Positions 1 to 12,904 of a DNA stretch of 64,000 bases are shown here, in pieces. Numbering within the stretch: the stretch's first letter is position 1; the number at the start of each line of letters is the position of its first letter. A program made the position numbers and the translations under genes. The stretch spans positions 13,888,001 to 13,952,000 of the forward strand of contig NC_043024.1 of the NCBI RefSeq assembly GCF_006345805.1. The letters are read 5' to 3'. The notes under the pieces were generated by a model. It made no database searches. It worked only from the letters and a program-made list of their open reading frames with translations, and was not told the origin of the DNA. This DNA comes from Octopus sinensis. Lineage: Eukaryota.

Positions 1-80
1 ACCAGTTTCCTATTGAAATTAATCTAATCGACTAGCCTCCTCCCCAAACATTTCGGGCCTTGTGCCTAGACTAGAAAAGT
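1..80 (+). mobile_element. 3' end of tRNA-derived SINE family M, tail type B, cut by the window edge
   Basis: accag...ctaatcgact...tttcgggccttgtgcctagactagaaaag matches the tail of the family M copy at 45235-45312. Confidence 0.75.
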
Positions 81-969
81 ATATCGTCTGCTAAAATATT
101 TACTTCGGACAAATATCCATCACTTTAAACTTCGCCGATAAAGGATCATCATATTTCTTCAAATATTCCTCTTATACTATAAAGAAATATATTAATTTCC
201 TTCTCTCTTCACAGGCATAAGTTTCCAATGTAAAATATAGAAAAATAATTAAAATTCCACCAGTACTGTGCATTCTGCATTGTAATTGTGTAAAGAATTA
301 TTTGTATTTTCCGTAGAGGTTTTTTGATAAGGATATTTTGTCACGATATCTCACGATTATATATATAATATAAGTAGCAAGAGGCCTTTTAAGTAGTACA
401 TAATAGGCATAAAATATGGATACAAGGAAATCATAATATTAAATGCAGACCATGGAGGTGTAATGAAATGAGAAATGTATTTACATAACCGGTAGATCAC
501 CGAATTATCTTGTTTTCAGTATTTCGATAAAGCCGATACACCCAGTGTGTAATTTTTAAGGATATTGACGTATACGTCATTTTCTAGAGACAACAGCATT
601 AGGTAGCAGTCCTTTTACAGAATTCAATATAATTGACATCCTCCCAGCCAAACTGATATCTAAAAGAACAAAAAATAGCAATTTTTATTTCAAAAGTCTG
701 GTTTGCTGAATTTTAAACTCAGAGTATATTGTATAGGAATAAATACGAATAGACTGATTTTTATGATCTCATTGTTTACATGCAATCCTCTTATTTGTAA
801 TGGATTTGGTAGTTGTTTCATTTTTAACAGAAGTCTTTAGCTACATTAGAAGAGAAAAGTTAATATTTCCTCCAACAGCATTGAATAGGTAATCTCACTT
901 CTCCTTTTGCTAAAAGGCCAGCAATTTTTTTATGAATAGGTACATCACTTTCATCGATTTTATAACTAA

Positions 970-1110
970 ATTGGTATTACCGATCCTGCAAAGACAAAAG
1001 CCAAAAACGACACCAGCGATGGTATAAACGCACAATGTAATGCCGCTCAGAATTCTGTCCATCTTGCCAACGATTCTGTTAGCTCGGCACCTTAAGGAAT
1101 AAGAAGTAAA
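970..1110 (-). mobile_element. Degenerate SINE family M copy
   Basis: Reverse complement gtgccgagctaacagaatcgttggcaagatggacagaattctgagcggcatt aligns to the family head ggcgagctggcagaatcgttagcacgccgggcgaaatgcttagcgg. Confidence 0.55.
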
Positions 1111-2673
1111 ACGCTGTATGAAATTCGACTCTCGGACCAATATTTTCGGAAGAAACCTTGTCACTGACAGCGACAAAGGCGGGAAATTGAAGGAAATATT
1201 AATTAACCCCTGCCGTTAAATGATAAATGAATTTATGATGTGAGACGTAAATTAGACAATTAATTTCGACGACCAGTGGTTTCATTTCACTCACAGAATT
1301 TAGAACAGAGAAAACATTGCAGAACTGGAAATATTTCAAAGTGTTCAAGTTAAGGTAGTGTGTAGGAATTTGGTGGGGTCGGTCTCAATCGATTGTGTGA
1401 TTGTAGCGTTGTTTAATTTGTGGCTTATTTGGGTTTTAATAAATAATGCGTAGGGGAGAATAAATTTCCTTGATGTTTAGCAACTTTGAAACACAAGAAG
1501 TTTATTAAATATGCGGCCCTAACGTATTGTTCAATATCTGAAACGAAAATGAGATTCTTCTAACAAATCTGAATAATTTCAAAGCAACAGAAATATTTAT
1601 TAACAATGCTTATAAGCCAATGGTTTCGTATGTTCTGTGATTCGGCACTTTTAAGATTAGCCTTCGACTCCCTAAAGTATTTCTGAAGATAGAATTGCGA
1701 ACACGGTCGCACAAGCACAAACGTACACACACAGATAGAGAGCGACACGGTCACGTAGTTACACACAAGCGTACACATGTTCACAAACCAATCACAAATA
1801 CGCGTGCGCGAAAAGAAGAAAAAAAAATGAATATCTACATCATTCGGAGTAGAATTCAATTAATCAAAATGATCGAACGATTAGTTAGACAAAGTTGATA
1901 GACCCCATGTGTAATCTTTTACATAATGACCTGAAACAGACGTATTCCATTAATGCAGTGATTTGCTCCCCTGGTTCCCATTCACTGATATATTGCAGTT
2001 TATCAGTAGTTAACGGACAGACTTTAAAATCGCACCATTTTAGTTGCAGAGAAATACATAAGTGATGTGTAATAGAATAGCAACTGTTTTGCAGCTTCGA
2101 TAAGTTCGGCTGCTATCTATTCGCTTTCAGACAATTGCGGACAATTTCATGGTTAGTATGGTTTCGCATAAATGGTTTAGGTGGCCTTAAATCGTTTCGT
2201 CTCGTTATGTGTTCGATCGAAAGCTTTCTACGGGTCGTGTAGCTTTTTTTCTTTCTGTCTTTTTTTTCTTCTTGTTCGTTTTTCGTTTTTCGTTTAGTAT
2301 GAACTCATGTCACATGTAGACACTCACACGTACAGGTACGGATAGACATAAAGGCAGACAAATGCATACGCAAACATACAATTAGTATATTACCAAGGCG
2401 CAGGTCACTGCACTTGTTTTCATCCATATCTGAATGCTTGTGTCTGTGTGAAAATTAGAACCATCATATTAACATACACATACACACCCACTCACAGACA
2501 TATACACACATACGTACACACACAAACACACAGACACAAACACATACACACCTGTATGAAAGAAGGTATTTGCATCATCATATGTGTGCCTGTGTCTCTA
2601 TATACGAATGTGTAAACGTGAATATATTTATTATCATTAAATATATATATATGTGTCTGTGTGTGTGTGTGTG

Positions 2674-2945
2674 TGGAGGCGCCATGTCCCAGTGGTTAGG
2701 GCAGTGGAATAACGGTCGTAGGATCGCGGTTTCGATTCTAAGACCGAGTCAAAACACCCATAGCGGCACGAAGCTCCGGCAGGGGTGGGGTGAACTCTAT
2801 TGTACCGTTTCACCACGACTTTCCCTCGCTGTTTCTCCCTGTTTCTGTTGTGCCCGTATTTCAAAGGGCCAGTCTTGTCACACTCAGTGTCACGCTGAAT
2901 CTCCCTGAGAACCATATTAAGGATACGTGGAGTGCATTGACGCAC
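2674..2945 (+). mobile_element. tRNA-derived SINE family T, internally deleted copy
   Basis: tRNA-like head ggaggcgccatgtcccagtggttagggcag...ggtttcgattc with A- and B-box-like motifs. Head and first body segment match the minus-strand copy at 37115-37433. Confidence 0.7.
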
Positions 2946-4840
2946 ACAGGCATACGCCCACACTGTAGTAAACCGTTTGTAGTAGACCTCATCACAGGAA
3001 AGCTCTTCAAAATTTGCTGAAATAAGTTCAACATTTTCTACTTTTGCTAACCACACAATGATACCAAAATCGTGGGACTAGTTTCACCACAAATTCGTAT
3101 TTACTTAAATGCTTTCTTTCTGAAATCGTTGTAGAATTGTAAGATATTATGTGGTTCATAAATGATATATACACATATATGTGTGTGGTTGCTTATGTGT
3201 TGCGTGCGTGTGTGTGTGTGCTACTCTCTTTATTACATGCATTTATTTAATTACGATAATTAAATGCCAATCAAACAATAATTAAAACAAACTGTGAAAT
3301 TTGATGTATATTAGGCCTTGTAGATCCAGCTGCCACATCTTCCCCGAAGTACAACCTAATGGTTTATGTATGTTTATGCTTATTAATAACAGTTGAACGT
3401 TTCTACATTGTAGACGGGCCTGTATGAAGTACCAGAAAAATCTGCCTCAAAATCGTTCAGGTTTATGATGTAGAAAAAAGATTAATATCTGCTAGAGCTG
3501 CTAGAAATAGTAGGTCAATCTACCTCAGTTACACCGTACTGTCTCATGTAGGTACTTTATGTATGAGCCAATGCTGCCTGACATCACCGGACAGAAACTT
3601 AAACTCAGAACTTTAATGATATTAATTAAAGTCAAAAAGGTACCTTTCTCCCTCAGAGGTGAAACAAAAAACGAAATGCAGACTTTTAAACTGCAATATA
3701 TTAAATCCCCTTCTGTGCAATACTGGTAAACATCACTGGCGATAGGCTCCACCAGGATGTGAACTTGGAACACGGGGACAAACAGGGTCAGAGGAACGGC
3801 GGAAATAAAGAAAGAAGGTGGGCAGAAGGAGAAAACCTTGTAAAAGCATGAAAGAATGAGAGAGCAACGGAGAGGGTGGTACCCCTCTCTCCTATATCTA
3901 CGTGTGTACTTTCATCTAAGAGATAAACAAAACCCGCATATAAAAGTAGAGGTTTGTATGCATATAAATCTTATGGTATGTCACAATGTATATGTATTGT
4001 TCGCTTGGCAAGTTACTAATTTCAGCTAATTGATAATTCAGACACCTTCTATTATTCTTTTTCTCTCTCTTTATTTTTCTCTCTTCCCTTCTATCTCGCT
4101 CTCTCCCTCTCCTTCACTGAACTTATTAGTACCAACAAAGCCGTCGATAGTAATTCGAAATAAATCGCACTTACATAGTTTATTGAACGGTACAGAGTTT
4201 GCTTTTTATCTCCTTTGCATTAAACAATCTGTAACATAATTTTTGTAACACTATAAAGCGGACAAAATCAGTTAAATAACAAAACATTTTAACGTTTCCG
4301 GCACGTTAGAGCTGTCCTTCTTCCAGGCTTGAAAATTTAGTACAATAATTAAAGACCAGTTAATGAATTATTAAGATTAACAATTAAATTTATGAAGTAT
4401 GAACATTTAATGGACACTAAAACGGCTAGAAATAGGTACTAAATCTCGATCTCCTTACACCATGATCTCATATGTAAGTAAACACATATTTATGTAATAG
4501 CCACTGTAGGGTGGCTTATACGCGGTAGCTAAAGTTTTTGAAAATAGCAGCCAAATCTTGTTTTGAGGACTGATCGGCGCAGTTATTTTACAGGGCCAAC
4601 TCATAATATCATACCGGGGCACGGTATAAGATGTTCTTGAACATGATTGCATATGCGTTACAAATCCATAATAATCATGTTTCTTTTAAAGTTATATGGA
4701 ATATATGTATTATGCATGTGTGTAACAAATACATAAGTTTATATACATATATATGCATACACACGTATAAAACACACACACACACACACTCACACACACA
4801 CACACACAAACACACGCATATATATATATATATATATATA

Positions 4841-5600
4841 CAGGCATACCTCGGCTTAAGTCGTTCTCGATTATACGCCGGTTTTCAAAAATAAAATATG
4901 GAAAAATAAAAGGAGAATGGGATTCGTTTTAAGGTTTTACTTTTTTTGGATAATGCCCCTGACCACCCGCAAAACATCGCAGATTTTGACCCCAGCGTTA
5001 CAGTCGTATACCTCCCTAGGAAGCCCGCGTCTCTTCTGCAGCCAAATGAATCAGGGAATAATTGCTATCGTCAAGCGTTACTGTATCAAGTGTTCGCTGC
5101 GGCAAGCATTTTCTGCAACTGAGCTTGATGAGTCCATCACACTTCATGACTTTTGGAAGAGATACGATATCTACTAAGCTGTACACAACATAGCAGCGTC
5201 ATGGAATGAAGTACACAGCACGGCTATGCCCGCAATTCGTGACTGATTTTAAGGGGTTTGATAATGTTGCCATCATCAAAACGTTGAGGACTACGAGCAA
5301 AGAACTGGAAATGGATTTGAAGGAGGAAGATTGCACAAATTTATTTGAAAAATACAAACAGCCCTGACGAACGAGGATTTGATTGAGCTTCTCGAGCAGC
5401 AAAATAAAGAAAAGGAAGTCGAACGTGAGCCACGTCACTTTACCATTATGAAAATGCAGGAAGCATTTGCATATATCGATAAAATCTCGAGAAAATGTTC
5501 GAGAAAATGGAGCCAAATGCTCAACGCTTTTCCAAAATTATCAGGGCTTGTCACGGAGCGTTTGTACTATATAATGTAATCCTGGAAGAAAAAAATAGGC
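4841..5600 (+). mobile_element. Tigger/pogo DNA transposon, internally deleted, with decayed DDE transposase C-terminus
   Basis: TA then CAGGCATACCTCG (Tigger1-type terminus) at 4841. Broken frames give QMNQGIIAIVKRY...LHDFWKRYDIY*AVHNIAASWNEV and LTNEDLIELLEQ, typical of Tigger transposases. No right terminal repeat found. Confidence 0.85.
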
Positions 5601-5814
5601 AGTTCGAGGTTATAGAATTAAAAACTAATAGATTTAAATGTAAGAATTTACAAAATTCAAGTTAGTTTGTTTATTTATTCTTAAGCTCGCTCTTCAAAAA
5701 GTGTTTTTTAAAACAGCTTGTAAAATTATGAAAATATTTAATTGTTACTTTGCCAAAATAATTTAGCAAGATATATCCATCTGATGAATTCTCACTGGAT
5801 TTGAAACGGTAACT

Positions 5815-6226
5815 CTTTTTTACTCTTTTATTTGTTTCAGTCATTTGACTGCATCCATGCTGGAGTACCACATTTAGTCGAGCAAATCGACCCCCGGACT
5901 TATTCTTTGTATGTCCAGTACTTATTCTCTCGGTCTCTTTTTGCCGAACCGCTAGTTTACGGGGACGTAAACACACCAGCATCGGTTGTCAAGCGATGGT
6001 GGGGGGACAAACACAGACACACAAACATATACACACACATAGATATATATATATACATATATCCAACAGGCTTCTTTCAGTTTCCGCCTACGAAATCCAC
6101 TCACAATGCATTGGTCGGCCCGAGGCTATAGCAGAAGACACTTGCCCAAGATGCCACGCAGTGGGACTGAACTCGGAACCATGTGGTTGGTAAGCAAGCT
6201 ACTTACCACACAGCCACTCCTGCGCC
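5815..6226 (-). mobile_element. Full-length tRNA-derived CORE-like SINE (family C) with internal (AT)/(AC) tract
   Basis: Reverse complement starts ggcgcaggagtggctgtgtggtaag, has catcttgggcaagtgtcttct (similar to the MIR CORE accttgggcaagt), an internal microsatellite, then a 3' half ending in aaaagag-type repeats. Collinear with 18665-19050 and 25386-25836. Confidence 0.9.
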
Positions 6227-6581
6227 TATGTAATTGTAAATTTTGGAAAAAAATCTTTTATTTAATGATGTGTGATGTGGAAGCAGCTGTAAATAGAGTT
6301 GTGATTTCTTTGTATAGAAATACTAAAATTGAATTCATCATTTAATGTTTAAATTATGTAATTATTGAATTTTCTTATTTTGTTTCAATTTCTAAGTACG
6401 ATTAATATTTTGATAACCTGATTGTTTATTCCTTACCAATCAATAAGGAGCGGAAGTTCATAACAATGTCATTTATATAGGTAGATAGTCAGTAATTTTG
6501 GGGATATTTAATATCCTATAGGTGGTTATTTAACAATTTAACACCTACTTAATTGCCAATTATATATATTATATATATAAT

Positions 6582-6615
<34 letters not shown>

Positions 6616-6763
6616 ATGTATGTAAATATACATATGTATAAGTATCTCTACGTATATATATATAATATATATATCCACAATTGAGGGTAAAATTAATTAA
6701 TTAATCAATTTCACCAAGTGTTCAGTATGTAAAAGGACCATTAAGGCGAATTCAAAATATTAC

Positions 6764-6856
6764 ATTATATAATTAGGGCTTAGTAAAATAATTACTTTGC
6801 CACATACTGAACTAAGTTCAGTATGTGGCAAAGTAATTTATTTTACTAAGCCTAAT

Positions 6857-6863
<7 letters not shown>
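6764..6863. repeat. Fold-back palindrome, ~49-bp arms, 3-nt loop
   Basis: attatataattagggcttag...catactgaac TAA gttcagtatg...cctaattatataat; the arms differ by two 1-nt indels. Confidence 0.9.
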
Positions 6864-6894
<31 letters not shown>

Positions 6895-6898
<4 letters not shown>

Positions 6899-7094
6899 AT
6901 TCGTTAGCTACTGCACGCATTTTTTTTCTCTCTTCCTTCTGTGTTTTTCTCTCTCTGTGTATCTTTCTGTTGAAGAGCGTAGGCTCGAAACGTTAAAACT
7001 TTGTTTATTTATATTTCCTGAGCGCCATATAATACAATTGTTCGTTTGTTTTCCACCTGCCTTCGTCTTTTGTTTATTTTCATAAAGCTTCCCG

Positions 7095-7096
<2 letters not shown>
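6895..7096 (+). mobile_element. Penelope-like terminal repeat (pLTR) fragment
   Basis: Contains a hammerhead-like motif and shares gaaacgttaaa...ttcctgagcg with 45580-45810 and 33175-33350; flanked by (AT)n. Confidence 0.55.
6964..6998 (+). ncRNA. Minimal type I hammerhead motif with variant core CUGUUGA
   Basis: TTT CTGTTGA A GAGC gtag GCTC GAA ACGT T AAAA: stem II GAGC/GCTC, palindromic stem III ACGT, stem I TTT/AAA. Confidence 0.55.
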
Positions 7097-7172
<76 letters not shown>

Positions 7173-7591
7173 TTAGATAACTTAGATACGTTTCGACCAA
7201 AGATTGGTCCAGGCCATGTCTAAATTAATAGCACCAACTGATAGGATTATTCGAATCCTGTTTAAGTCAATTTTTGTTCAAGTAATGAGTTCTTGTATAT
7301 ATGTACATATGTATATGTATATATATGTATGCACACACACACACACAGACATATATATGTATTTATAGGTATGTATATTTACCAGAAACTCCCTGATTGT
7401 GTACATATAAATCATAGAGTATGCCTCTATATATATCACGAACTTTTCCATAGCATAGTCGTGTATTGTTCGCCTGGCAAGTAATTAATTCCCTACAATA
7501 TTTTTTCCTCCTCTACATAGGTTATACAATTAATGAATTAATAGAAAAAGTACCTATTATATATGATGCATAAGCTCACCTAGTTTGTTAT

Positions 7592-7638
<47 letters not shown>

Positions 7639-8347
7639 CATACAATATATATATATATATATATATACATATATATACATATATTATATATATATATATA
7701 ATATATATATATATATGACATATATATTGAATATGTATAATCATATATAAGTAAGATATCATGTATATATATATTTCCATATCATGTATATACATAAATG
7801 CAAATATTTCTTTGTGTATAGTTCTTTTATGGATATCATAAACGAATATCGGAAAAGTATCCGCTTAATAGGTACGTAATTACTATGCTTCAGTAAGTAC
7901 TTGAAAGAAGGAATCAACATGTAATATGCAATAGTATAGTGCTAAAATAATGCATTAACAAGATTTGAACATTATTATATGCGATACCATAAAAGTAGAA
8001 AACAGGCGACTATCAGTACTTCAATAATGCGTATGTATTTTTTTTTCTTAAATACGGATTATTTAAGATTTGAAACGAACGTGTATTTCTAATTAATTTC
8101 AAAGGATTTTCTGCGAGTGAAAATAAACCCACAAATAACAAGATTTACTTAATATGTTTATGTATCTAAACCAATAAATGTTTCCGTTACGCTATATCTG
8201 ATATTCACTAGCGCACACAATGCGTAAACTTATGTATATACATCTGCCAATTCATACGTATATACACTCACAAACACTACCATAAACACACACACACATA
8301 CAGAAATATGCATTCATGTGTCTGTTTGTATACCTCTACGTGCACAT

Positions 8348-8375
8348 GTATATATATATATATATGTGCATAAGC

Positions 8376-8433
<58 letters not shown>

Positions 8434-8461
8434 TATATATATATGTGTGTGTGTGTGTATA

Positions 8462-8501
<40 letters not shown>

Positions 8502-8566
8502 CATATATGTACATACATATGTGTATATATATATAATATATATATATATAATATATATATATATAG

Positions 8567-8634
<68 letters not shown>

Positions 8635-8640
8635 ATGTAT
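8348..8640. repeat. (AT)n microsatellite with (GT) interruptions
   Basis: Direct reading; source of the YI-repeat ORFs. Confidence 0.95.
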
Positions 8641-8849
8641 GTATAAACCCACTAACACGTCATTTACACATTCATATTTAAATGCAGAATATATAAAGTT
8701 GTGTATATATGCATGTCTATGAAGAATTACACATATATTTACACATATTTACACATATATTTACTCATATATTTATATAATTACACAATAATATGTGTCT
8801 ATATAAATATATATGTATATATATATATGCGTATGTTTGGTTGTGTATG

Positions 8850-8902
<53 letters not shown>

Positions 8903-9219
8903 TCATCATCGAATATTTGGGTGTGTGCGTGCGTGTGTGTGTCTCTGTTGCGTTTGTATGTCTCATTACATCCTGTGTGTGTGCTTCAGCAGGAAAATAT
9001 ATTTTGCGGCAAATTAGAGAGAGTATTTAAGTTCGCATTTCATCAATTTAGCCTGTATTCTAAATCAAACAAAAAAAGAAAGAGAAGAAATATTGCCATC
9101 AACATCTTTAATTGATAAAATATTCTTGCATTTTCCTAAGTTCAAAATAATTGAGTAAGCTAAGTTTGTGCCCCTAAAAGTATTAAATATTTTATAATTC
9201 ATCATTGTTAAGTGATGTC

Positions 9220-9221
<2 letters not shown>

Positions 9222-9273
<52 letters not shown>

Positions 9274-9295
9274 TAATAATAATAATAATGATAAT
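9222..9295. repeat. (TAA)n microsatellite at the 5' junction of the R4-type LINE
   Basis: Direct reading. Confidence 0.95.
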
Positions 9296-9830
9296 AAGAC
9301 ACATACCAGAAAAGGTTAATATAGACACACACCAGAAAGGGTCGCAGAAAGCGAGAAAGCAAACATACTCTGGGATATGCCAATATACACAGATAGAGAA
9401 ATTAAGGCCAACAGGCCAGATATAGTTGTCAGAGATCATGAAGAAAAAAAATGCTTTCTAATTGATGTATCAATACCAGCAGATGACAACGTGTCTCTAA
9501 AAGAAATGGAGAAACTCTCAAAATACAAAGACCTGGAAATAGAGGTAACTAGAATGTGGAATCTGAAAACAGAAACAATTCCTATCATAGTAGGTGCATT
9601 AGGCATGATAAAAAAATATTCAGACAAATACATAACAAAAACACCAGGACTTACAAACACATATAACATACACAAAATTGCACTACTAGGCACTGCACAC
9701 ATCCTACGCAGAACACTTTCCATACAATAACCATCAGAGCATCACAAAACATCACAGCACATACCCAAGGCACACAGAGCTGCGCTCGGTAGTGAAGTGA
9801 AAGCACGTTATAAAAATAAAACTACTGAAT
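9296..9830 (+). mobile_element. 5'-truncated R4/Dong-clade non-LTR retrotransposon: restriction-like endonuclease domain plus 3' UTR
   Basis: Open frame 9320-9730: YRHTPERVAESEKANILWDMPIYTDREIKANRPDIVVRD...LIDVSIP...EKLSKYKDL...IPIIVGALG...ALLGTAHILRRTL, containing the RPD..D-(K) endonuclease signature. The 3' end runs into aataat repeats. Confidence 0.9.
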
Positions 9831-10029
9831 AATAATGATAATAACAACAACAACAACAACGACAACCACAACAATAAGGATAATAATACAAGCACAACAT
9901 TTCAGTTTGAAATACAAATTCTCCTGTTATACCAATCTAATGTAGTTCAGACCACAAAAACTGTTAATATCAATTGCTGAATTTTCCAAGGTGGCTCACT
10001 TTCACATTTGAGTTTTTGAAATGCCCAAA

Positions 10030-10406
10030 TACCCCTTACAACTGTGCATAACAGAACAGGGTATGGATATGAAATAGGCGACAAGAAAAGTATTCCTCTA
10101 TTTCATATGTATGATTGAAGGCTCTATGACTAAGACGATAAGGAGCTTGAAGGTCTGCCACGAACTGTGAAAGCTGTCAGGGATGATGTTGGGATGGAAT
10201 TTGGTCTCGGCGTAAATGTGCCAAGACCACTTTCCAAGAAGGGAAACAGAAGACCTCACATTCGGTGGATTTGAGTGTTGACACAATCATAAAAGAACTC
10301 GAGCAGGAAGAAACTTGCAAACAGCTCGGAATAAATGGGCGATCATGGAATTCAACATGCAAGTATGAAAGACACAATCAAGAAGGAATGCTACAAGAGA
10401 GTTCGA
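10030..10406 (+). mobile_element. Decayed R4/Dong-clade reverse transcriptase fragment
   Basis: Broken frames give GYGYEIG...LFHMYD*RLY (degenerate YMDD), DDVGMEFGL/KCAK, IKELEQEETCKQLGI and MKDTIKKECYKRVR. Confidence 0.8.
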
Positions 10407-10425
10407 CGATGATGATGATGATGAA

Positions 10426-10468
<43 letters not shown>

Positions 10469-10662
10469 TGATGATGGTGATGATGATGATGATGATGATG
10501 ACGATGACGATGATCATGATGATGATGATGAAGATGATGATGATGATGGTGATGATGATGGTGATGATGATGATGACGATGACGATGATGATGATGAAGA
10601 TGATGATGATGATTGTGATGATGATGATGACGATGATGATGATGATGATGATGATGGTGGTG

Positions 10663-10694
<32 letters not shown>

Positions 10695-10704
10695 GATGGT
10701 GGTG

Positions 10705-10736
<32 letters not shown>

Positions 10737-10833
10737 GATAATGATGATAGTGATGATGATGATGGTCATGATGATGATGGTGATGATGATGATGACGGTG
10801 ATGGTGATGGTGGTGATGATGATGATGATGATG
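10405..10833. repeat. (GAT)n trinucleotide tract
   Basis: Direct reading; gives the poly-M/H/I ORFs. Confidence 0.97.
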
Positions 10834-11419
10834 TGCTTGACATACCTCATTTGATGAGAAGCAACGCATGGGTTTGATAGTAGTGCCCAGTTAAATTATT
10901 CACCATACCGAGCAGTCCACTACACTGAAATTGGCCCTCAATTAATTAGTAATGTTTACTCATGATGCCAGGAAAAAAACCTTTTTTCCCCAAAGTCAAT
11001 TATTCAAACCCTAACGAATACCTTTCAACACATAATAAATATCACACAACATTGGCATTAAGGGGTACCATAGTTTTCTTGACGTATCTTACTGAAATAT
11101 TTAAATTCTAAGTGAAATAGGTAGGTTATTTACAAGTTAATGGGCAAAGAAGGAAAATTAAGAAAAATTTCCTAAGTTAATGTGTACGAACGATCTGCAG
11201 TTAATAATCATAAACGATTAAATCTGGGAATTTGCTGAAGTTAACGCGTAATAAATGAGGAAAGAATATGATAAAAATTCAGATTTTAAATATATCGGCT
11301 AATGTGAAAGGAATGCGCTATGATAAAATCCTTTGTTAATGATAATAAGAAGTTAATGAATAAAGAATAACAAGGCGAATATTCTTAAGTTAACATGTAA
11401 TAAACGAAAGAAAATTGTA

Positions 11420-11429
11420 AATAATAATG

Positions 11430-11491
<62 letters not shown>

Positions 11492-11510
11492 GATAATAAT
11501 AATAATAATG

Positions 11511-11544
<34 letters not shown>

Positions 11545-11561
11545 TAATAATAATAATGATG

Positions 11562-11612
<51 letters not shown>

Positions 11613-11672
11613 TTAATGATAATAATAATAATAATAATGATGATGATAATAATAATAATAGTAATAATAATG

Positions 11673-11742
<70 letters not shown>
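11420..11742. repeat. (TAA)n trinucleotide tract
   Basis: Direct reading. Confidence 0.97.
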
Positions 11743-11744
<2 letters not shown>

Positions 11745-12366
11745 AGATAATGGTAATAAGAACTGTTTACGTTAACTTGTAATAAATGAGGTAAGAACTG
11801 TAATCAGAATTTAAAATTTAAAAGCATTCTATAATTTTTAAAGAAATCAGGTAATACAAGCCATTTGTTATAATTGATGGGAGTTAGAAAGGGAATGGCA
11901 AATTATAGGGGCTATACAAGAATGATGATGATGATGATGATGATGATGGTGACGATATGGTAATGATTATGATGATAATAATAATAGGAGTGTAAATGGA
12001 AAGGGATTTGAAAGTATCAGAAAAATACTAACGCGTGAAAAAATGCCTCACCTTAAATCTGATGTTGATTTACGATAATCAAGCTTGGATGAGAGACAGT
12101 GCCACGTCAAATGCCAAATTGAAATGACCTTGAAAGTATATAGAAGATACGGTGTAGAAAATGATGAAGATGATGATGATGATGATGATGAAGACGGACG
12201 ATGATGATGATGATGAAAAAGTACAAGAAGATGACGAAGAAGAAGATGATGGTGATGAATATGATGAAAAAACACAACATTATTAGCTACAAGAAACATA
12301 TATAAAATAATCTATAACGTTCATGATTAAGGTAATAATACAGAGTATAGTACAATTGTCAATACA

Positions 12367-12408
<42 letters not shown>

Positions 12409-12412
<4 letters not shown>

Positions 12413-12858
12413 TAAAGTGTCCTAGCCATCTGAATGTGGCTAGCCACTGGGGTGGGTGTTACTGACGCTTTTAGCCCCAGGAGATCGACGTCCCCAGCTG
12501 GCCTTAGACACAATTTCTGTGCCCTTATGATATTTGCAAAGGGAGGTCATCCTCTCTCGAAAACCTAAGTGATACATACGGACTCTAGTTTCAAGGTTTT
12601 TGCCTCTCGTCAACGTATGGTAAACACCGGTTTTCGATGAAGGAGACATTTGCAAATAACTATTTAATGTTTTTCCCAGCAACCACAGTCACTGATTTAG
12701 AAAAACTGTCTGAAAGCATTAATAAATCTCCGAACGAGATGTAAACAGTAAAAGCGTCAGTAACACCCACCCCCAGTGGCTAGCCACATTCAGATGGCTA
12801 GTACACTTTACGATGTCGAGCGGTTACTGTTTACATCTCGTTCGGAGATTTATTAATG

Positions 12859-12859
<1 letters not shown>
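12409..12859. mobile_element. Unclassified ~350-nt repeat unit plus an inverted copy of its end-to-start junction (PLE-pLTR- or retrozyme-like)
   Basis: 12409-12473 is inverted at 12749-12814 and 12716-12751 is inverted at 12824-12859; the whole structure lies between two (AT)n tracts. Confidence 0.7.

Positions 12860-12904
<45 letters not shown>

Noticed and set aside
910-1176. 88-aa ORF with a transmembrane-looking stretch (GPCR or transporter-like)
   Set aside because: The DNA is a degenerate SINE family M copy; the hydrophobicity is incidental.
2095-2157. Possible 21- or 57-nt exon (tttcag/ttgcag ... ATG|gttagt)
   Set aside because: Splice motifs only; no homology or linked exons.
3300-3800. 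Possible decayed LINE coding sequence
   Set aside because: No diagnostic motif could be recovered in any frame by eye.
8277-8681. YI-repeat and IYLS-repeat ORFs throughout the window
   Set aside because: Translations of (AT)n and (GATA)n microsatellites.
10287-10869. Poly-His, poly-Met and poly-Ile ORFs (also 11427, 28104, 41518, 51248, 53307, 59934)
   Set aside because: Translations of trinucleotide tracts that lack stops in several frames.
12455-12505. Possible hammerhead in the ~350-nt unit (ctgggga...aaaagcgtcag on the minus strand)
   Set aside because: The core is not CUGANGA and stem I cannot pair.
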